Positions 10,080 through 20,836 of a DNA stretch of 64,000 bases are shown piece after piece (within the stretch, counting starts at the first letter, position 1; each line of letters begins with the position of its first letter). The notes beneath the pieces are model-generated. The model saw only the letters and a list, made by a program, of their open reading frames with translations. It was not told the DNA's origin and did no database searches. The stretch comes from Candidatus Fervidifonticultor secundus (GTDB lineage Bacteria > Sysuimicrobiota > Sysuimicrobiia > Sysuimicrobiales > Humicultoraceae): contig JAVKIP010000003.1 of NCBI GenBank assembly GCA_031459385.1, forward strand, positions 96,001 through 160,000, written 5' to 3'. Made by a program: the position numbers and the translations under genes.

Positions 10080-10886
10080 ATGCAGACGCTGCGCGCAGCC
10101 GCCGTGGATCGCTACCGCCGCGGGCTCCTGCGGCGCTACCGGATCCGCACGCGCCGCCAGGCCCTCCGCTTCATCGAGGCCCTGGGCTTCTGCTACGCCT
10201 TCACCGCGGGGCCCGGCGCGATCCCGGGGCTGTTCGACGTGCTGGCGACCCGGAGCAGCGACCGCATGTGGACCTGGGCCTGGCAGTGGAAGGACGAGCT
10301 GGTCGCGCGCCGGGAGGTCCACTACGGCAAGGTGCTGCGGCGGAAACCGGCCTACGTCTCGCTGGCGCTGCTGCCGGCGTTCTACGCCCTCTCCGGCAAC
10401 GTCGGCGAGCCTGACGATCACCTCCAGCACTTCCGGGAGGGCCGCCTGAGCCTGCTGGCGCGCGCGCTCTACGAGGCGATCCTGGCCGACGGGCCGCTGT
10501 CCACGTGGGCGCTCCGGCGGCGCTTCGTCGCCCGCGCGGAGAGCGGGACGCGCTTCCACCGCGCCCTGGACGACCTGCAGGCACTGCTCCTCATCGCCAA
10601 GGTCGGCGAGGAGGAACAGTGGCGGGGCGGCTTCCGCTGGGACGCGTTCCACCGCTGGCAGCCCGGGGCAGTGCGCGCAGCCGCCCGGCTCTCCGCCGAG
10701 GATGCCGCCGCGCGAATCCTCGATCGCTACGTGCGCATCGTGGGCGCAGCCACGCCACCCGCCATCGCCCAGGCCTTCGGCTGGACCCCTGGGCTGGTCG
10801 AGCGCGCAGCCGCGCGGGTGCGCCTGGCGCCCGTCGTCGTCGACGGCCAGCCGTGCTGGACACAGCAGGAGCTCTGGGGCCAGTAG
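10080..10886 (+). CDS. AlkZ/YcaQ-like winged-helix DNA-binding or glycosylase-like protein
   Basis: WQWKDEL...YGKVLRRK, wHTH-like segment GPLSTWALR...ALDDLQ; upstream of dinB. Confidence 0.55.
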   Translation: MQTLRAAAVDRYRRGLLRRYRIRTRRQALRFIEALGFCYAFTAGPGAIPGLFDVLATRSSDRMWTWAWQWKDELVARREVHYGKVLRRKPAYVSLALLPAFYALSGNVGEPDDHLQHFREGRLSLLARALYEAILADGPLSTWALRRRFVARAESGTRFHRALDDLQALLLIAKVGEEEQWRGGFRWDAFHRWQPGAVRAAARLSAEDAAARILDRYVRIVGAATPPAIAQAFGWTPGLVERAAARVRLAPVVVDGQPCWTQQELWGQ

Positions 10887-10921
10887 GGAGATAGACCCGA
10901 ACACCGCGAAACAGCCCCGCG

Positions 10922-12037
10922 ATGGCGCCGGCGGCCCGCACCATCCTGCACGTGGACATGGACGCCTTCTTCGCAGCCGTGGAACAGTTGCGCAGACCTG
11001 AGCTGCGGGGGACGCCCGTGGTGGTCGGGGGACGCGGCGACCCGCGCCAGCGCGGTGTCGTTTCCACGGCGTCGTACGAGGCCAGGCCGTACGGCATCCG
11101 GTCCGGCATGCCGCTGCGCACCGCCTACCGACTGTGCCCGCACGCGGTCTTCCTGCCCGTGGACGTCGCCGCCTACCGCGCCGTCGCGGCGCGGTTTCAC
11201 GCCATCCTGCGCGAGACTGGAGCCCGCGTCGAGCCGCTGGGCCTCGACGAGGCGTTTCTGGACTGCACCGGGCTGCCAGATGCCGGGGAGGTCATCGCCC
11301 GGCGGATCAAGGAACGCATCAGGAGGGAGCTGCAGCTCACGGCCTCGGTCGGCGTAGGCCCGAACAAGCTGCTGGCCAAGATCGCCTCGGGCCTGCACAA
11401 GCCCGACGGCCTGACCGTCATCGACCAGAACGACGTGCCAGCGCGGCTGGGGCCGCTGCCGGTCACGGCGCTGCCGGGCGTGGGGCCCAAGACCGCCGCG
11501 GCCCTGGCCGAGCGGTTCCAGGTGCGAACCGTGGCCGACCTGGCCGCGCTGCCGCTGGGGGCCCTGCAGGACGCGTTCGGGCCCCACCACGGCCGCTCCC
11601 TGTACGAGATGGCGCGCGGTCAGGACGAGAGCCCGGTGGTCACCGACTGGGCGCCGCGCTCGGTGAGCCGCGAGCGCACGTTTCAGGTCGACCTGCGCCG
11701 GCCCGAGACGATCCGCCGCGCCATTGCGGCCCTGGCCCGACAGGTGGCCGACGATCTCCGCACCGAGGCCTACCGCGCGGCCACGGTGACGCTCAAGGTG
11801 CGGTTCGACACGTTCCGCACGCTCACGCGATCGCGCACCCTGGCCGCGCCCACCGACGACCCCGCCGTGCTGGGCCGTACGGCGCTGGACCTGCTCGCGC
11901 GGGTGACCGTCGACCGGCCCGTGCGGCTGCTGGGCGTGCGGGCCGCGAAGCTCACCCCTTCCGGCGCCGCGCCTGCCGGCGACGCCACGGCGCCGCAGCA
12001 ACGGCTACCCCTCCCGCCGGTCAGGTCAGGCTCCTGA
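10922..12037 (+). CDS. dinB: DNA polymerase IV
   Basis: HVDMDAFFAAVE, SYEAR, LDEAFLD, NKLLAKIAS, KPDG. Confidence 0.96.
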   Translation: MAPAARTILHVDMDAFFAAVEQLRRPELRGTPVVVGGRGDPRQRGVVSTASYEARPYGIRSGMPLRTAYRLCPHAVFLPVDVAAYRAVAARFHAILRETGARVEPLGLDEAFLDCTGLPDAGEVIARRIKERIRRELQLTASVGVGPNKLLAKIASGLHKPDGLTVIDQNDVPARLGPLPVTALPGVGPKTAAALAERFQVRTVADLAALPLGALQDAFGPHHGRSLYEMARGQDESPVVTDWAPRSVSRERTFQVDLRRPETIRRAIAALARQVADDLRTEAYRAATVTLKVRFDTFRTLTRSRTLAAPTDDPAVLGRTALDLLARVTVDRPVRLLGVRAAKLTPSGAAPAGDATAPQQRLPLPPVRSGS

Positions 12038-12494
12038 CGGCGTCTTCCACCGCCGCGTAGTCGGGCTCGGTGCCCTGGGCGGGCGCGACCCACTTCCACC
12101 GCACCACGCCGGTGCGGTCGACCACGAACACCGACCGCCACGCCACGCCCGGCAACAGCCCTCCCCAGAAGTTCGGGTCCTCGACGCCGAACGCCTTGAC
12201 CGCCTGGCGGTTGAAGTCGGACAGCAGCGTGAAGGTCAGCCCGTGCTGGTCGGCAAAGGCCTTCTGCGCCAGCGGCGAATCGACGCTGATGCCCACCACC
12301 TGCGCGTCCAGCGCATTGAACGTCGCCAGACTGTCGCGGACGGCGCACATCTCTTTGGTACACGTGCTGGTGAACGCCCCGGGGAAGAAGAGTAGCACGG
12401 TGGGCTTCCCCAGCAACGCGCGGAGGTTGACCGCCTTGCGATCGGCGCTGACCAGCGTGACGTCCGGTATGGCCTGCCCCACCTCGACTGCCAC
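12021..12494 (-). CDS. Peroxiredoxin (AhpC/TSA family)
   Basis: FFPGAFTSTCTKEMC, GISVDS, LLSDFN; GGAGG before GTG at 12494. Confidence 0.92.
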   Translation of the reverse strand: MAVEVGQAIPDVTLVSADRKAVNLRALLGKPTVLLFFPGAFTSTCTKEMCAVRDSLATFNALDAQVVGISVDSPLAQKAFADQHGLTFTLLSDFNRQAVKAFGVEDPNFWGGLLPGVAWRSVFVVDRTGVVRWKWVAPAQGTEPDYAAVEDAVRSLT

Positions 12495-12550
12495 TTGCGA
12501 CACCTCCGATCCTGTGGCTCGACGGGTCGATACGGCGGAGAACGGCTCGC

Positions 12551-12587
12551 AGTGATTCACTATGGGAAAGCGGCCCGAGCCCGTCAA
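12551..12587 (-). promoter_or_regulatory. Promoter of the peroxiredoxin gene with an overlapping palindrome
   Basis: TTGACG-N17-CATAGT on the minus strand; palindrome AGTGA-T-TCACT at 12551-12561. Confidence 0.45.
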
Positions 12588-12733
12588 GTGCCGGCCGGCG
12601 GCGTGGCAGGAATCGACCCTCGCGCGCCCCAATAAGGATACCGCGCCGTGCCGGATCCCGTCACGTCTTCGCCGCGCGGCTGGCCACGCCGGCTCTGTAC
12701 GTCGCCGACCACCGGCCTTGACAGGAGGACCAC

Positions 12734-13870
12734 ATGCTCGGTCGCAGCTACCGCCTGCCGTTCCGGCTGCTGGGCATCCCGCTGCGCCTCGATCCGACGT
12801 TCCTGATCGTCCTGCCGCTGCTGGCCTGGCTCATCGGCAGCCGCGTCAGCGTCTACGTCCGGATGTTCCGCCTGCCCGTGGACTCTGCGGCCCTGGAGCA
12901 GGGCGTCATGCCCTACGTGCTGGGGTTGGTGGCTGCGGTGGGCCTGTTCGCCAGCGTGCTCGTCCACGAACTGGGTCATGCCGTCGTGGGCCGCGCCTAT
13001 CACGCACGGGTGCGCAGCATCACCCTGTGGCTGCTGGGGGGCATGGCGCAGTTCGACGAGATCCCGCGCCGGCACGGCGCCGAGGCGGTCATCGCCGCCG
13101 CCGGCCCGGCCACCAGCCTGCTCGTCGCGGCCGCCTGCCGGCTGGTGGCGGCGCTCCTCCCGCGGGATGCGGCCGCCGGGCAGTTCGTCGTCGGCTACCT
13201 GACCTACACCAACGTCGCCCTGGCGATCTTCAACCTCCTTCCGGCGTTGCCGCTGGACGGGGGTCGCATCCTGCGGTCGCTGCTGGGCCTGCGCCTGCCG
13301 CACCTGCGGGCCACCCAGGTGGCCGCCGCCATGAGCCGCGGGCTGGCGGTGGCCCTGGGCCTGTTCGGCTTCCTGAGCGGCAACCTGTTCCTGCTGCTGG
13401 TCGCCTTCTTCATCTACGTGGCCGTCGCAGGAGAGACCCAGCACGCGCTGATCGCCGAGATGCTGCAGGACGTGCCGGTGGCGGACGTCATGACGCGCGA
13501 GGTCCGGACCGTGGCCGCCGACATGCGCGTCGCCGACCTGCTCCAGCAGATGCTGCGCGAGCGCCACCTCGGCTATCCCGTCGTCGACCGGGCCGGCCAC
13601 CTGGTGGGCATGGTGGACCTGGCCGACCTGCAGGGCACGACGCCGGAGGCCCGGGTCGAGCAGGTCATGTCCCACGAGATCGGGACGATCGCCCCGACGG
13701 CGACGGCCCTCGACGCGTTCCTGCGGATGAGCCGGCGGAACTTCGGGCGGCTGGTCGTCGTCGGCCGGGACCGGGAACTCGTCGGCATCCTCAGCAAGAC
13801 CGACCTCATCCGGGCGATTCAGATCCGCCTGATCGTGGCGGGGATGCCGGCCGAGCCGGCGGCGGGCTGA
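12734..13870 (+). CDS. Site-2 (M50) metalloprotease with a CBS pair
   Basis: HELGH, AAAGP, FNLLPALPLDGG; C-terminal CBS domains. Confidence 0.95.
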   Translation: MLGRSYRLPFRLLGIPLRLDPTFLIVLPLLAWLIGSRVSVYVRMFRLPVDSAALEQGVMPYVLGLVAAVGLFASVLVHELGHAVVGRAYHARVRSITLWLLGGMAQFDEIPRRHGAEAVIAAAGPATSLLVAAACRLVAALLPRDAAAGQFVVGYLTYTNVALAIFNLLPALPLDGGRILRSLLGLRLPHLRATQVAAAMSRGLAVALGLFGFLSGNLFLLLVAFFIYVAVAGETQHALIAEMLQDVPVADVMTREVRTVAADMRVADLLQQMLRERHLGYPVVDRAGHLVGMVDLADLQGTTPEARVEQVMSHEIGTIAPTATALDAFLRMSRRNFGRLVVVGRDRELVGILSKTDLIRAIQIRLIVAGMPAEPAAG

Positions 13871-13914
13871 GCGCGGGCAAGGAACGGGTCGCGGCCGGCC
13901 GAACCTCCCCTGCG

Positions 13915-14889
13915 ATGCCTGCGGCCGTACCGTTCCGTGTCACGGTCCTGCGCGACGGCGAGATCATCGTCGATCCGCCCGAACCCCTGGACGTCCTGGC
14001 ACGCCGGGACGGGCAGGTGCTGTGGATCGACGGCACCAGCCCTGCGCCCGAGGCGCTGGCGCCCCTGGCGGCGCTCTTCGACTTGCACCCGCTGGCAGTC
14101 GAGGATGCCCTCAAGCGTCGCCAGCGGCCGAAGGTCGAGGACTACGAGCGGTACCTCTTCATCACCACCCACGCGGCCCGCCTCCGCGCCCACGCCGTCG
14201 CCCTGGATGAGATCGACGTCTTCTTCGGCCGCGGGTTCGTCATCACGGTGCACGACGGCGCCGCGCCGGTGCTGGAGGAGGTACGGCGGCGGCTGGCCCA
14301 GGCTCCGGCGGAGCTGCGCAGTGCCGACGGCTACCTGCTCTACGTTCTGCTGGATACGGCCGTCGATACGTTCTTCCCGGTCCTGGACTCGCTGGATGCC
14401 TCCACGGAGCGTTTGGAGGACACCCTCTTCACCCGGCCGGGCCCGAAGACCATGGACCGGCTCTTCCAGGCCAAACGGGCGCTGCTCCACCTGCGCCGCG
14501 TGGCCGCGCCGCAGCGGGACGCGATGAACGTCCTCCTGCGCCACGACCTGCCGCTGGTGGCGCCGGCGCTGCGGGCGTACTTCCGCGATGTGTACGACCA
14601 CCTGGTGCGCATCACCGAGCAGATCGACACGCACCGGGACCTGCTGGCGGGCGCGCTGGATGTCTACCTCAGCCTGACCAGCAACCGCCTCAACGAGGTC
14701 ATGAAGGTCCTGACGGTGATCACGGCGGTGTTCGCGTCGCTGGCGGTGATCTCGGGCATCTATGGCATGAACTTCCAGCGCGCCTATCCGCCCTTCGACT
14801 GGCCCTGGGGGTTCCCGGCCGCCCTGGGCCTCATGGCGGCAAGTGTTATCATCATGCTGGCGTTGTTCCGGCGCTTGCGATGGCTCTGA
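13915..14889 (+). CDS. corA: Magnesium/cobalt transporter CorA
   Basis: [27 protein letters not shown]. Confidence 0.95.
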   Translation: MPAAVPFRVTVLRDGEIIVDPPEPLDVLARRDGQVLWIDGTSPAPEALAPLAALFDLHPLAVEDALKRRQRPKVEDYERYLFITTHAARLRAHAVALDEIDVFFGRGFVITVHDGAAPVLEEVRRRLAQAPAELRSADGYLLYVLLDTAVDTFFPVLDSLDASTERLEDTLFTRPGPKTMDRLFQAKRALLHLRRVAAPQRDAMNVLLRHDLPLVAPALRAYFRDVYDHLVRITEQIDTHRDLLAGALDVYLSLTSNRLNEVMKVLTVITAVFASLAVISGIYGMNFQRAYPPFDWPWGFPAALGLMAASVIIMLALFRRLRWL

Positions 14890-16277
14890 GCGACGGCCCT
14901 CACGCGCTCCCGGCGACCCGACCCGGCGGGTTCGGCTACGTGACGCCCGAGAACGTGGCGTTGCTGGTCGACCTCTACGAGCTCACCATGGCCGACAGCT
15001 ACCTGCGCCACGGCATGAACGACCGGGCCACGTTCGACCTCTTCGTCCGGGCACTGCCGCCCAACCGGGCGTTCCTGGTCAGCGCCGGCCTGGACGGGGT
15101 GCTGGCCTACCTGGAGGGCCTGCGCTTCTCGGACGACGCCATCGGCTACCTGCGCGGCCTGCACCTGTTCAGCGACGCCTTCCTGGACTACCTGCGGGCG
15201 TTCCGCTTCACCGGCGATGTGCGGGCGATCCCGGAAGGCGAGATCTTCTTCCCGCCCGAGCCGATCCTGGAGGTCACGGCCCCGCGCATCGAGGCGCAGG
15301 TCATCGAGACGTTCCTGCTGAACGCCACCAACGTCCAGGTCATGGTGGCCAGCAAGGCGGCGCGGGTGGTGCTGGCCGCGCGCGGCCGCGCCGTGGCCGA
15401 CTTCTCGCCCCGCCGCGACCACGGGACGGACGCTGCGTTGAAGGCGGCGCGGGCTGCCTACCTGGCGGGCTGCACCAGCACCTCCAACGTCCTGGCCGGC
15501 ATGGTCTACGGCATCCCGGTCACGGGCACCATGGCCCATTCCTACGTCATGTCCTTCTCGGACGAACTGACGGCCTTCCGGGCCTTCGCGCGGGACTTCC
15601 CGCACAACACCGTGCTGTTGATCGACACCTACGACACCATGCAGGGGGTGGCCAACGCCATTATCGTGGCCGGGGAGATGGCCGCGCGCGGCAGCCGGCT
15701 GCGCGGAGTGCGCATCGACAGCGGTGACCTGGTGGCGCAGAGCCGGGCCGTGCGGGCCGCGCTGGACGCCGCGGGGCTGCGCGAGGTGCAGATCATCCTC
15801 ACCGGCGATCTCAACGAGTACCGGATCGCCGAGCTGCTGGACCAGGGCGCGGCCGCCGACGCCTTCGGGGTCGGCACCGAGCTCGGCACCTCGGCGGACG
15901 CCCCGAGCCTGGGCGGCGTGTACAAGCTGGTAGAGGACGAGAAGGGCTTTCGGATCAAGCTGAGCACTGGGAAGGCCACGCTGCCGGGCCGCAAGCAGGT
16001 GTGGCGGAAGCTGGACGCCGACGGGCAGCCCATCGCCGATGTCATCGCGCTGCACGACGAGCCTCCGCCACCGGAGCACACGCCGCTGCTGGTGCCGGTG
16101 ATGCAGGGCGGGCGGCGGCTGTGGGCCGAACCGCTGGCGGCGATCCGGCAGCGGTGCACCCAGCGTCTGGCCACGCTGCCCGAGGAGCTGCGGAGCCTGG
16201 AGGACGCGATGCGCTACCCGGTGGCGGCGAGCGCGGCGCTGCTGGAACTGCGCGATCGCATGTGGCGCCAGGGCTAG
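14880..16277 (+). CDS. pncB: Nicotinate phosphoribosyltransferase
   Basis: DLYELTM, GTMAHS, LIDTYD, VRIDSGD, FGVGT, VYKL. Confidence 0.96.
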   Translation: MALSDGPHALPATRPGGFGYVTPENVALLVDLYELTMADSYLRHGMNDRATFDLFVRALPPNRAFLVSAGLDGVLAYLEGLRFSDDAIGYLRGLHLFSDAFLDYLRAFRFTGDVRAIPEGEIFFPPEPILEVTAPRIEAQVIETFLLNATNVQVMVASKAARVVLAARGRAVADFSPRRDHGTDAALKAARAAYLAGCTSTSNVLAGMVYGIPVTGTMAHSYVMSFSDELTAFRAFARDFPHNTVLLIDTYDTMQGVANAIIVAGEMAARGSRLRGVRIDSGDLVAQSRAVRAALDAAGLREVQIILTGDLNEYRIAELLDQGAAADAFGVGTELGTSADAPSLGGVYKLVEDEKGFRIKLSTGKATLPGRKQVWRKLDADGQPIADVIALHDEPPPPEHTPLLVPVMQGGRRLWAEPLAAIRQRCTQRLATLPEELRSLEDAMRYPVAASAALLELRDRMWRQG

Positions 16278-16377
16278 CCGGCCTCGACGCGCTCCAGCAC
16301 CCGCACCATCGGTCGGGCGGGCGGCTCGCGCCCCACGCAGGAACAGCCCGCGGCGAACCCGTACTTAGCGGAGAGCC

Positions 16378-17211
16378 GTGGCCGACGTCACCATCGCACC
16401 GCTCAAGGAGCCCGCAGCGCTCCGGCAGGTCGAGGATCTCCAGATGCAGATCTGGGGGATGCCCGAACGCGAGGTCGTGCCCGTGCACCAGCTGGTGGCC
16501 GCCGTCGGCGCCGGCGGCGTCGTGCTGGGCGCCTTCGAGGCGGACGGGACGCTGGTGGGGTTCTGCTACGGGTTCCCGGCCTGGCGGGAGGGCCGGCCCC
16601 TCTTCTACTCGCACATGGCCGGGGTGGTGGGAGGCCGGCAGCTGCAGGACATCGGCTTCCGGTTGAAGCTGGCGCAGCGGCAGGCGGCGCTGGATGCCGG
16701 CTTCGACCACATGGTCTGGACCTACGACCCGCTGCAGAGCGTCAACGCCCGCTTCAACCTGCACAAGCTGGGCGTGACCGCGCAGCGCTACTTCGTCAAC
16801 TACTACGGCGAGATGCCCGATCAGCTGAACCGTGGCCTGGAGAGCGACCGCTTCGAGGTCGACTGGGCGCTGCGGTCGCCCCGGGTCGAGGCCGCCGCCG
16901 CTGGCCGGCCGGTGGAGCGCGACTGGGGCGACGCGCCGCGCGCCCTGGAGGCCGTGCCGCACCCGGCGGGCGTCGCGCCGCGCGCGCCGGCGCTGGACCT
17001 GGCGGCGCCGGTGCTCTTCGTCGAGATCCCCACCGACTTCACCGCGGTCCGGAGCCGGGACCGCGGGCTGGCGCAGGCCTGGCGGCTGGCCACGCGCCAG
17101 GTCTTCCCGCACTATTTCGCCCGCGGGTACCGGGCGGTCGACTTCCTCCTGCGCCCGGACGACCGGCTCCGCGGCGACTATGTGTTGGTCGGAGGCGCCC
17201 ATGCGGATTGA
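16378..17211 (+). CDS. GNAT acyltransferase (D-amino acid N-succinyltransferase-like)
   Basis: YSHMAGV, WTYDPLQSVNARFNL, NYYG, SDRF; overlaps the OSBS/NSAR gene. Confidence 0.85.
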   Translation: MADVTIAPLKEPAALRQVEDLQMQIWGMPEREVVPVHQLVAAVGAGGVVLGAFEADGTLVGFCYGFPAWREGRPLFYSHMAGVVGGRQLQDIGFRLKLAQRQAALDAGFDHMVWTYDPLQSVNARFNLHKLGVTAQRYFVNYYGEMPDQLNRGLESDRFEVDWALRSPRVEAAAAGRPVERDWGDAPRALEAVPHPAGVAPRAPALDLAAPVLFVEIPTDFTAVRSRDRGLAQAWRLATRQVFPHYFARGYRAVDFLLRPDDRLRGDYVLVGGAHAD

Positions 17212-18325
17212 GGCCGTCGACCTCTACCAGGTCGAGATGCCGCTGCGGTGGCCGTTCGAGACGTCGTTCGGCCGCTCGACCGCCAAGGTCTGCGTGCTGG
17301 TGCGCCTGCTGGCCGACGGCCTCGAGGGGTGGGGCGAGGCCCCGGTGGATCACGCGCCGCTGTACAACGAGGAAACGGTGGAGACCGCGTGGGCCGTGCT
17401 CGAGCGGTTCCTGCTGCCCCCCCTGCTGGGACAGCCCGCCCCGGCCCCGCGCGCCTTCGCCAAGCAGGTGGCCCACATCCGCCGCCACCACATGGCCAAG
17501 GCGGCGGTCGAGGCGGCGCTGTGGGACCTTCACGCCCGGGCCCAGGGCGTGCCGCTGGCGCGGCTGCTGGGCGGGGTCCGCGACCGGGTACCGGTGGGCG
17601 TCAGCCTGGGCATCGAGCCCACGGTGGACGCGCTGCTGGACCGCGTTGAGCGGTTCCTCGCCCTGGGCTACCGCCGCATCAAGATCAAGATCAAGCCGGG
17701 GTGGGTGCTGGAACCGGTGGAGGCGGTCCGGCGGCGGTTCGGCCCCGTGCAGCTCCAGGTGGACGCCAACTCGGCCTTTTCCCTGGCGGACGCGCCGCTG
17801 CTGCGGGCGCTGGACGACTACGACCTCCTCTTGATCGAGCAGCCGCTGGAGGAGGACGACATCGTCGACCACGCCAAGCTCCAGGCGCAGCTGCGCACTC
17901 CCATCTGCCTGGACGAGTCCATTGTGCACGCCCGCGCGGCGCGCGCGGCGCTGGAGCTGCGGGCATGCCGGGTGATCAACATCAAGCAGGCGCGGGTGGG
18001 CGGCCTGGCGGAGGCGGCGGCGACCCACGACCTCTGCCAGAGCCACGGCGTACCGGTCTGGTGCGGCGGCATGCTGGAGACCGGGCCCGGCCGCGCGGCC
18101 AACCTGGCGCTGGCGTCGCTGCCCAACTTCACGCTGCCCGGCGATATCTCGGCCAGCGATCGGTACTTCGACGAGGACCTGATCGACCCCCCGGTGGTGC
18201 TGAACGCCGACGGGACGATCACGGTGCCGGCCGGTGCGGGCCTGGGCGTGCACGTGGTGGGAGAGCGCGTGGAGCGGTACGCGGTGCGCCGGGCCAGGGT
18301 CGCAGCCCCCGGGGTCCGCGCCTGA
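17201..18325 (+). CDS. menC: o-succinylbenzoate synthase / N-succinylamino acid racemase
   Basis: FETSFG, RIKIKIKPG, VDAN, IEQP, CLDES, WCGGMLE, PGDISAS. Confidence 0.9.
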   Translation: MRIEAVDLYQVEMPLRWPFETSFGRSTAKVCVLVRLLADGLEGWGEAPVDHAPLYNEETVETAWAVLERFLLPPLLGQPAPAPRAFAKQVAHIRRHHMAKAAVEAALWDLHARAQGVPLARLLGGVRDRVPVGVSLGIEPTVDALLDRVERFLALGYRRIKIKIKPGWVLEPVEAVRRRFGPVQLQVDANSAFSLADAPLLRALDDYDLLLIEQPLEEDDIVDHAKLQAQLRTPICLDESIVHARAARAALELRACRVINIKQARVGGLAEAAATHDLCQSHGVPVWCGGMLETGPGRAANLALASLPNFTLPGDISASDRYFDEDLIDPPVVLNADGTITVPAGAGLGVHVVGERVERYAVRRARVAAPGVRA

Positions 18326-18408
18326 CGGATGACGATGATCCTGGCACGCCGGCAGCCGACGCGCGTTGCAGCGGGCGGTCGCAGGGCGCGCACCGGGAGG
18401 GACGCACG

Positions 18409-19287
18409 ATGCGCACACGGTGGATGATGGTGCTGGCGGTGGTGGTCATGGCGGTGCCCGGGCTGGCGCAGGCCGGCCCCGCGCCGCAGAAGCTGGTGCT
18501 GGGCATGGTGCCCTCCCGAGAGATCGGGCGGATGATGGAGAACCTGGTGCCCCTCTCGCGGATGCTGACCGAGCGGATCGGGCTGCCGGTGGAGCCCTAC
18601 GTGGCCACCAACTTCACCGGCCTGATCGAGGCCATGGGGACCGGCAGGGCTGACATCGGCATCTTCGGGCCGTTCGCGCTGGTCCTGGCCGAGGAGCGGC
18701 ACAAGGTGCGGATCATCGCCAAGTCCATCCGCCGCAGCCGGGGGGCGTTCGTGACCAGTTACCACGCGGCCATCAACGTCCGGGTGGACAGCCCCTACCA
18801 GCGACTGGCCGACCTCAAGGGTGCCCGCTTCGCCTTCGTGGACCCGGCCTCCACATCCGGGTACCTCTTCCCGTACATGATGCTCCTGGACGCCGGCGTC
18901 AACCCGGAGCGCGACCTGAAGGTCATCTTCGCGGGATCCCACGATGCGGCCGTGGTGGCTGTCTACAAGAAGGACGTCGATGCCAGCGCCACTCACGACA
19001 ACGCCATTCCCGACATCAGACGTGAGATTCCCGACGTCGACCGGGTGGTCAGGATCCTGGTCCGGAGCGCACCGATCCCCAACGACGGCGTGGCGGTCCG
19101 CCGCGGGCTGGCCGACGACCTGGTGGGGAAGATCCAGGAGGCGTTCGTCGACCTGGGCAAGCACCCCGAGGGCGTCAAGCTGCTGGATGCGCTGTACAAC
19201 GTGGTGGGCTACGCCAGGTCCGACGGCACCGAGTTCGCCATCATCCGCCGCACCTACCAGCTGATGCGGGACAAGATCCGCATTTGA
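18409..19287 (+). CDS. phnD: Phosphonate/phosphite ABC transporter substrate-binding protein
   Basis: Signal peptide; FVDPASTSGYLFP, AGSHDA, IPND. Confidence 0.9.
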   Translation: MRTRWMMVLAVVVMAVPGLAQAGPAPQKLVLGMVPSREIGRMMENLVPLSRMLTERIGLPVEPYVATNFTGLIEAMGTGRADIGIFGPFALVLAEERHKVRIIAKSIRRSRGAFVTSYHAAINVRVDSPYQRLADLKGARFAFVDPASTSGYLFPYMMLLDAGVNPERDLKVIFAGSHDAAVVAVYKKDVDASATHDNAIPDIRREIPDVDRVVRILVRSAPIPNDGVAVRRGLADDLVGKIQEAFVDLGKHPEGVKLLDALYNVVGYARSDGTEFAIIRRTYQLMRDKIRI

Positions 19288-19289
19288 GG

Positions 19290-20084
19290 ATGCCGCCGGC
19301 CTCGCCGGTGCCGCAGATCGAGCTGCGCGGGGTCTCGGTCGCGTTCCCGGGCGGCGTGCAGGCCCTGCGCGGCGTCGACCTGGCGGTCGATCGCGGCGAG
19401 TTCGTGGCCATCGCGGGCCTCTCGGGCGCGGGGAAGTCCACCCTCCTGCGCACCATCAACCGCCTGGTGGAGCCCTCCGCCGGCCGGGTGTTCTTCGAGG
19501 GTGAGGACCTGACTGCCGCGCCGCCGGCACGGCTGCGGGAGGTGCGGGCGCAGATCGGCATGATCTTTCAGACCTTCAACCTGGTCAAGCGCGCCTCCGT
19601 CCTCCACAACGTCCTGTGCGGACGTGTGGCCCGCCTGTCCACGCTGCGGGCGGTGCTGGGATGGTTTCGCCGCCAGGACCTGGAGCTGGCCCACGCGGTG
19701 CTCCACAAGCTGGAGATCGGCGACAAGGCCTTCGTGCGTGCTGACGCCCTGAGCGGCGGGCAACAGCAGCGGGTGGGCATCGCCAGGGCGCTGGCCCAGC
19801 AGCCCACGGTCCTGCTGGCCGACGAGCCGGTGGCCTCCCTCGACCCCCCGACGTCGCACCTGGTGATGCGCGACCTGCGCCGCATCAACCGAGAGGACGG
19901 CATCACCGTCCTTGTCAGCCTGCACTTCGTGGACCTGGCGCGCAGCTACGCCGACCGCATCGTGGGCCTGCGGGCCGGCGCGGTGGTCTTCGACGGTCCG
20001 GCCGCTGGCGTCGACGAGCCCACCTTCCGGCACATCTACGGCCGACCGCTGCGGGCCGAGGACTTCCGGGATGCCGAGGGCTAA
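19290..20084 (+). CDS. phnC: Phosphonate ABC transporter ATPase
   Basis: GLSGAGKST, LSGGQQQRV, LADEPVASLDP. Confidence 0.93.
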   Translation: MPPASPVPQIELRGVSVAFPGGVQALRGVDLAVDRGEFVAIAGLSGAGKSTLLRTINRLVEPSAGRVFFEGEDLTAAPPARLREVRAQIGMIFQTFNLVKRASVLHNVLCGRVARLSTLRAVLGWFRRQDLELAHAVLHKLEIGDKAFVRADALSGGQQQRVGIARALAQQPTVLLADEPVASLDPPTSHLVMRDLRRINREDGITVLVSLHFVDLARSYADRIVGLRAGAVVFDGPAAGVDEPTFRHIYGRPLRAEDFRDAEG

Positions 20085-20832
20085 GGCCAGGCTGGCGCTG
20101 GGGGTGCTCCTGGTCGGCGCCCTCTACACCTGGAGCATCGTCGGGCTGCGGGCCTATCCGGCCACGGTGTGGGCGGGGCTCCCGGTCTTCCTGCGGCTGT
20201 TCGCGGACATGGTGCCGCCCAACCTGGCGATCCTGCCGGCGCTGGTCGATCCCCTCGTCCAAACGCTCCAGATCGCGTTCGTGGGCACCGCGCAGGGCGC
20301 GGTGCTGGCGGTCCCGCTCATCCTGCTGGCAGCCCGGAACGTGACCCGCGCGCCGTGGCTGTACCTCGCCGCACGGGGGCTGTTGAACCTCCTGCGCACC
20401 ATCCCCGACCTCCTCTACGCTGCCGTGCTGGTGGCTGCGGTGGGCATCGGGCCCTTTGCGGGCATCCTGGCCCTTACCATCTTCTCGCTGGCCGTGATCG
20501 CCAAGCTCACCAGCGAAAGCCTGGAAGCCATCGACCCGGGACCGCTCGAGGCGCTGGAGGCTGCCGGCGCCACCCGCCTGACCATGGTCCGCTTTGCCGT
20601 CATCCCGCAGATCCTGCCGGTCTACCTCAGTTACACGTTGTTCGTCTTCGAGATCAACATCCGGGTCTCGTTCGTGCTGGGGCTCGTCGGCGCCGGCGGC
20701 ATCGGGCAAACGTTGAACACCACCCTCCAGCTGTTCCGTTACCAGAGTGCCCTCACCATCATCCTGGTCATGCTGGCCATCGTGATCGCCATCGATACGG
20801 GCAGTGCCCGGCTCCGGCAGGTACTGACGTAA
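20071..20832 (+). CDS. phnE: Phosphonate ABC permease
   Basis: RTIPDL, GPLEALEAAGA, LGLVGAGGIG. Confidence 0.92.
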   Translation: MPRAKARLALGVLLVGALYTWSIVGLRAYPATVWAGLPVFLRLFADMVPPNLAILPALVDPLVQTLQIAFVGTAQGAVLAVPLILLAARNVTRAPWLYLAARGLLNLLRTIPDLLYAAVLVAAVGIGPFAGILALTIFSLAVIAKLTSESLEAIDPGPLEALEAAGATRLTMVRFAVIPQILPVYLSYTLFVFEINIRVSFVLGLVGAGGIGQTLNTTLQLFRYQSALTIILVMLAIVIAIDTGSARLRQVLT

Positions 20833-20836
20833 GCCG

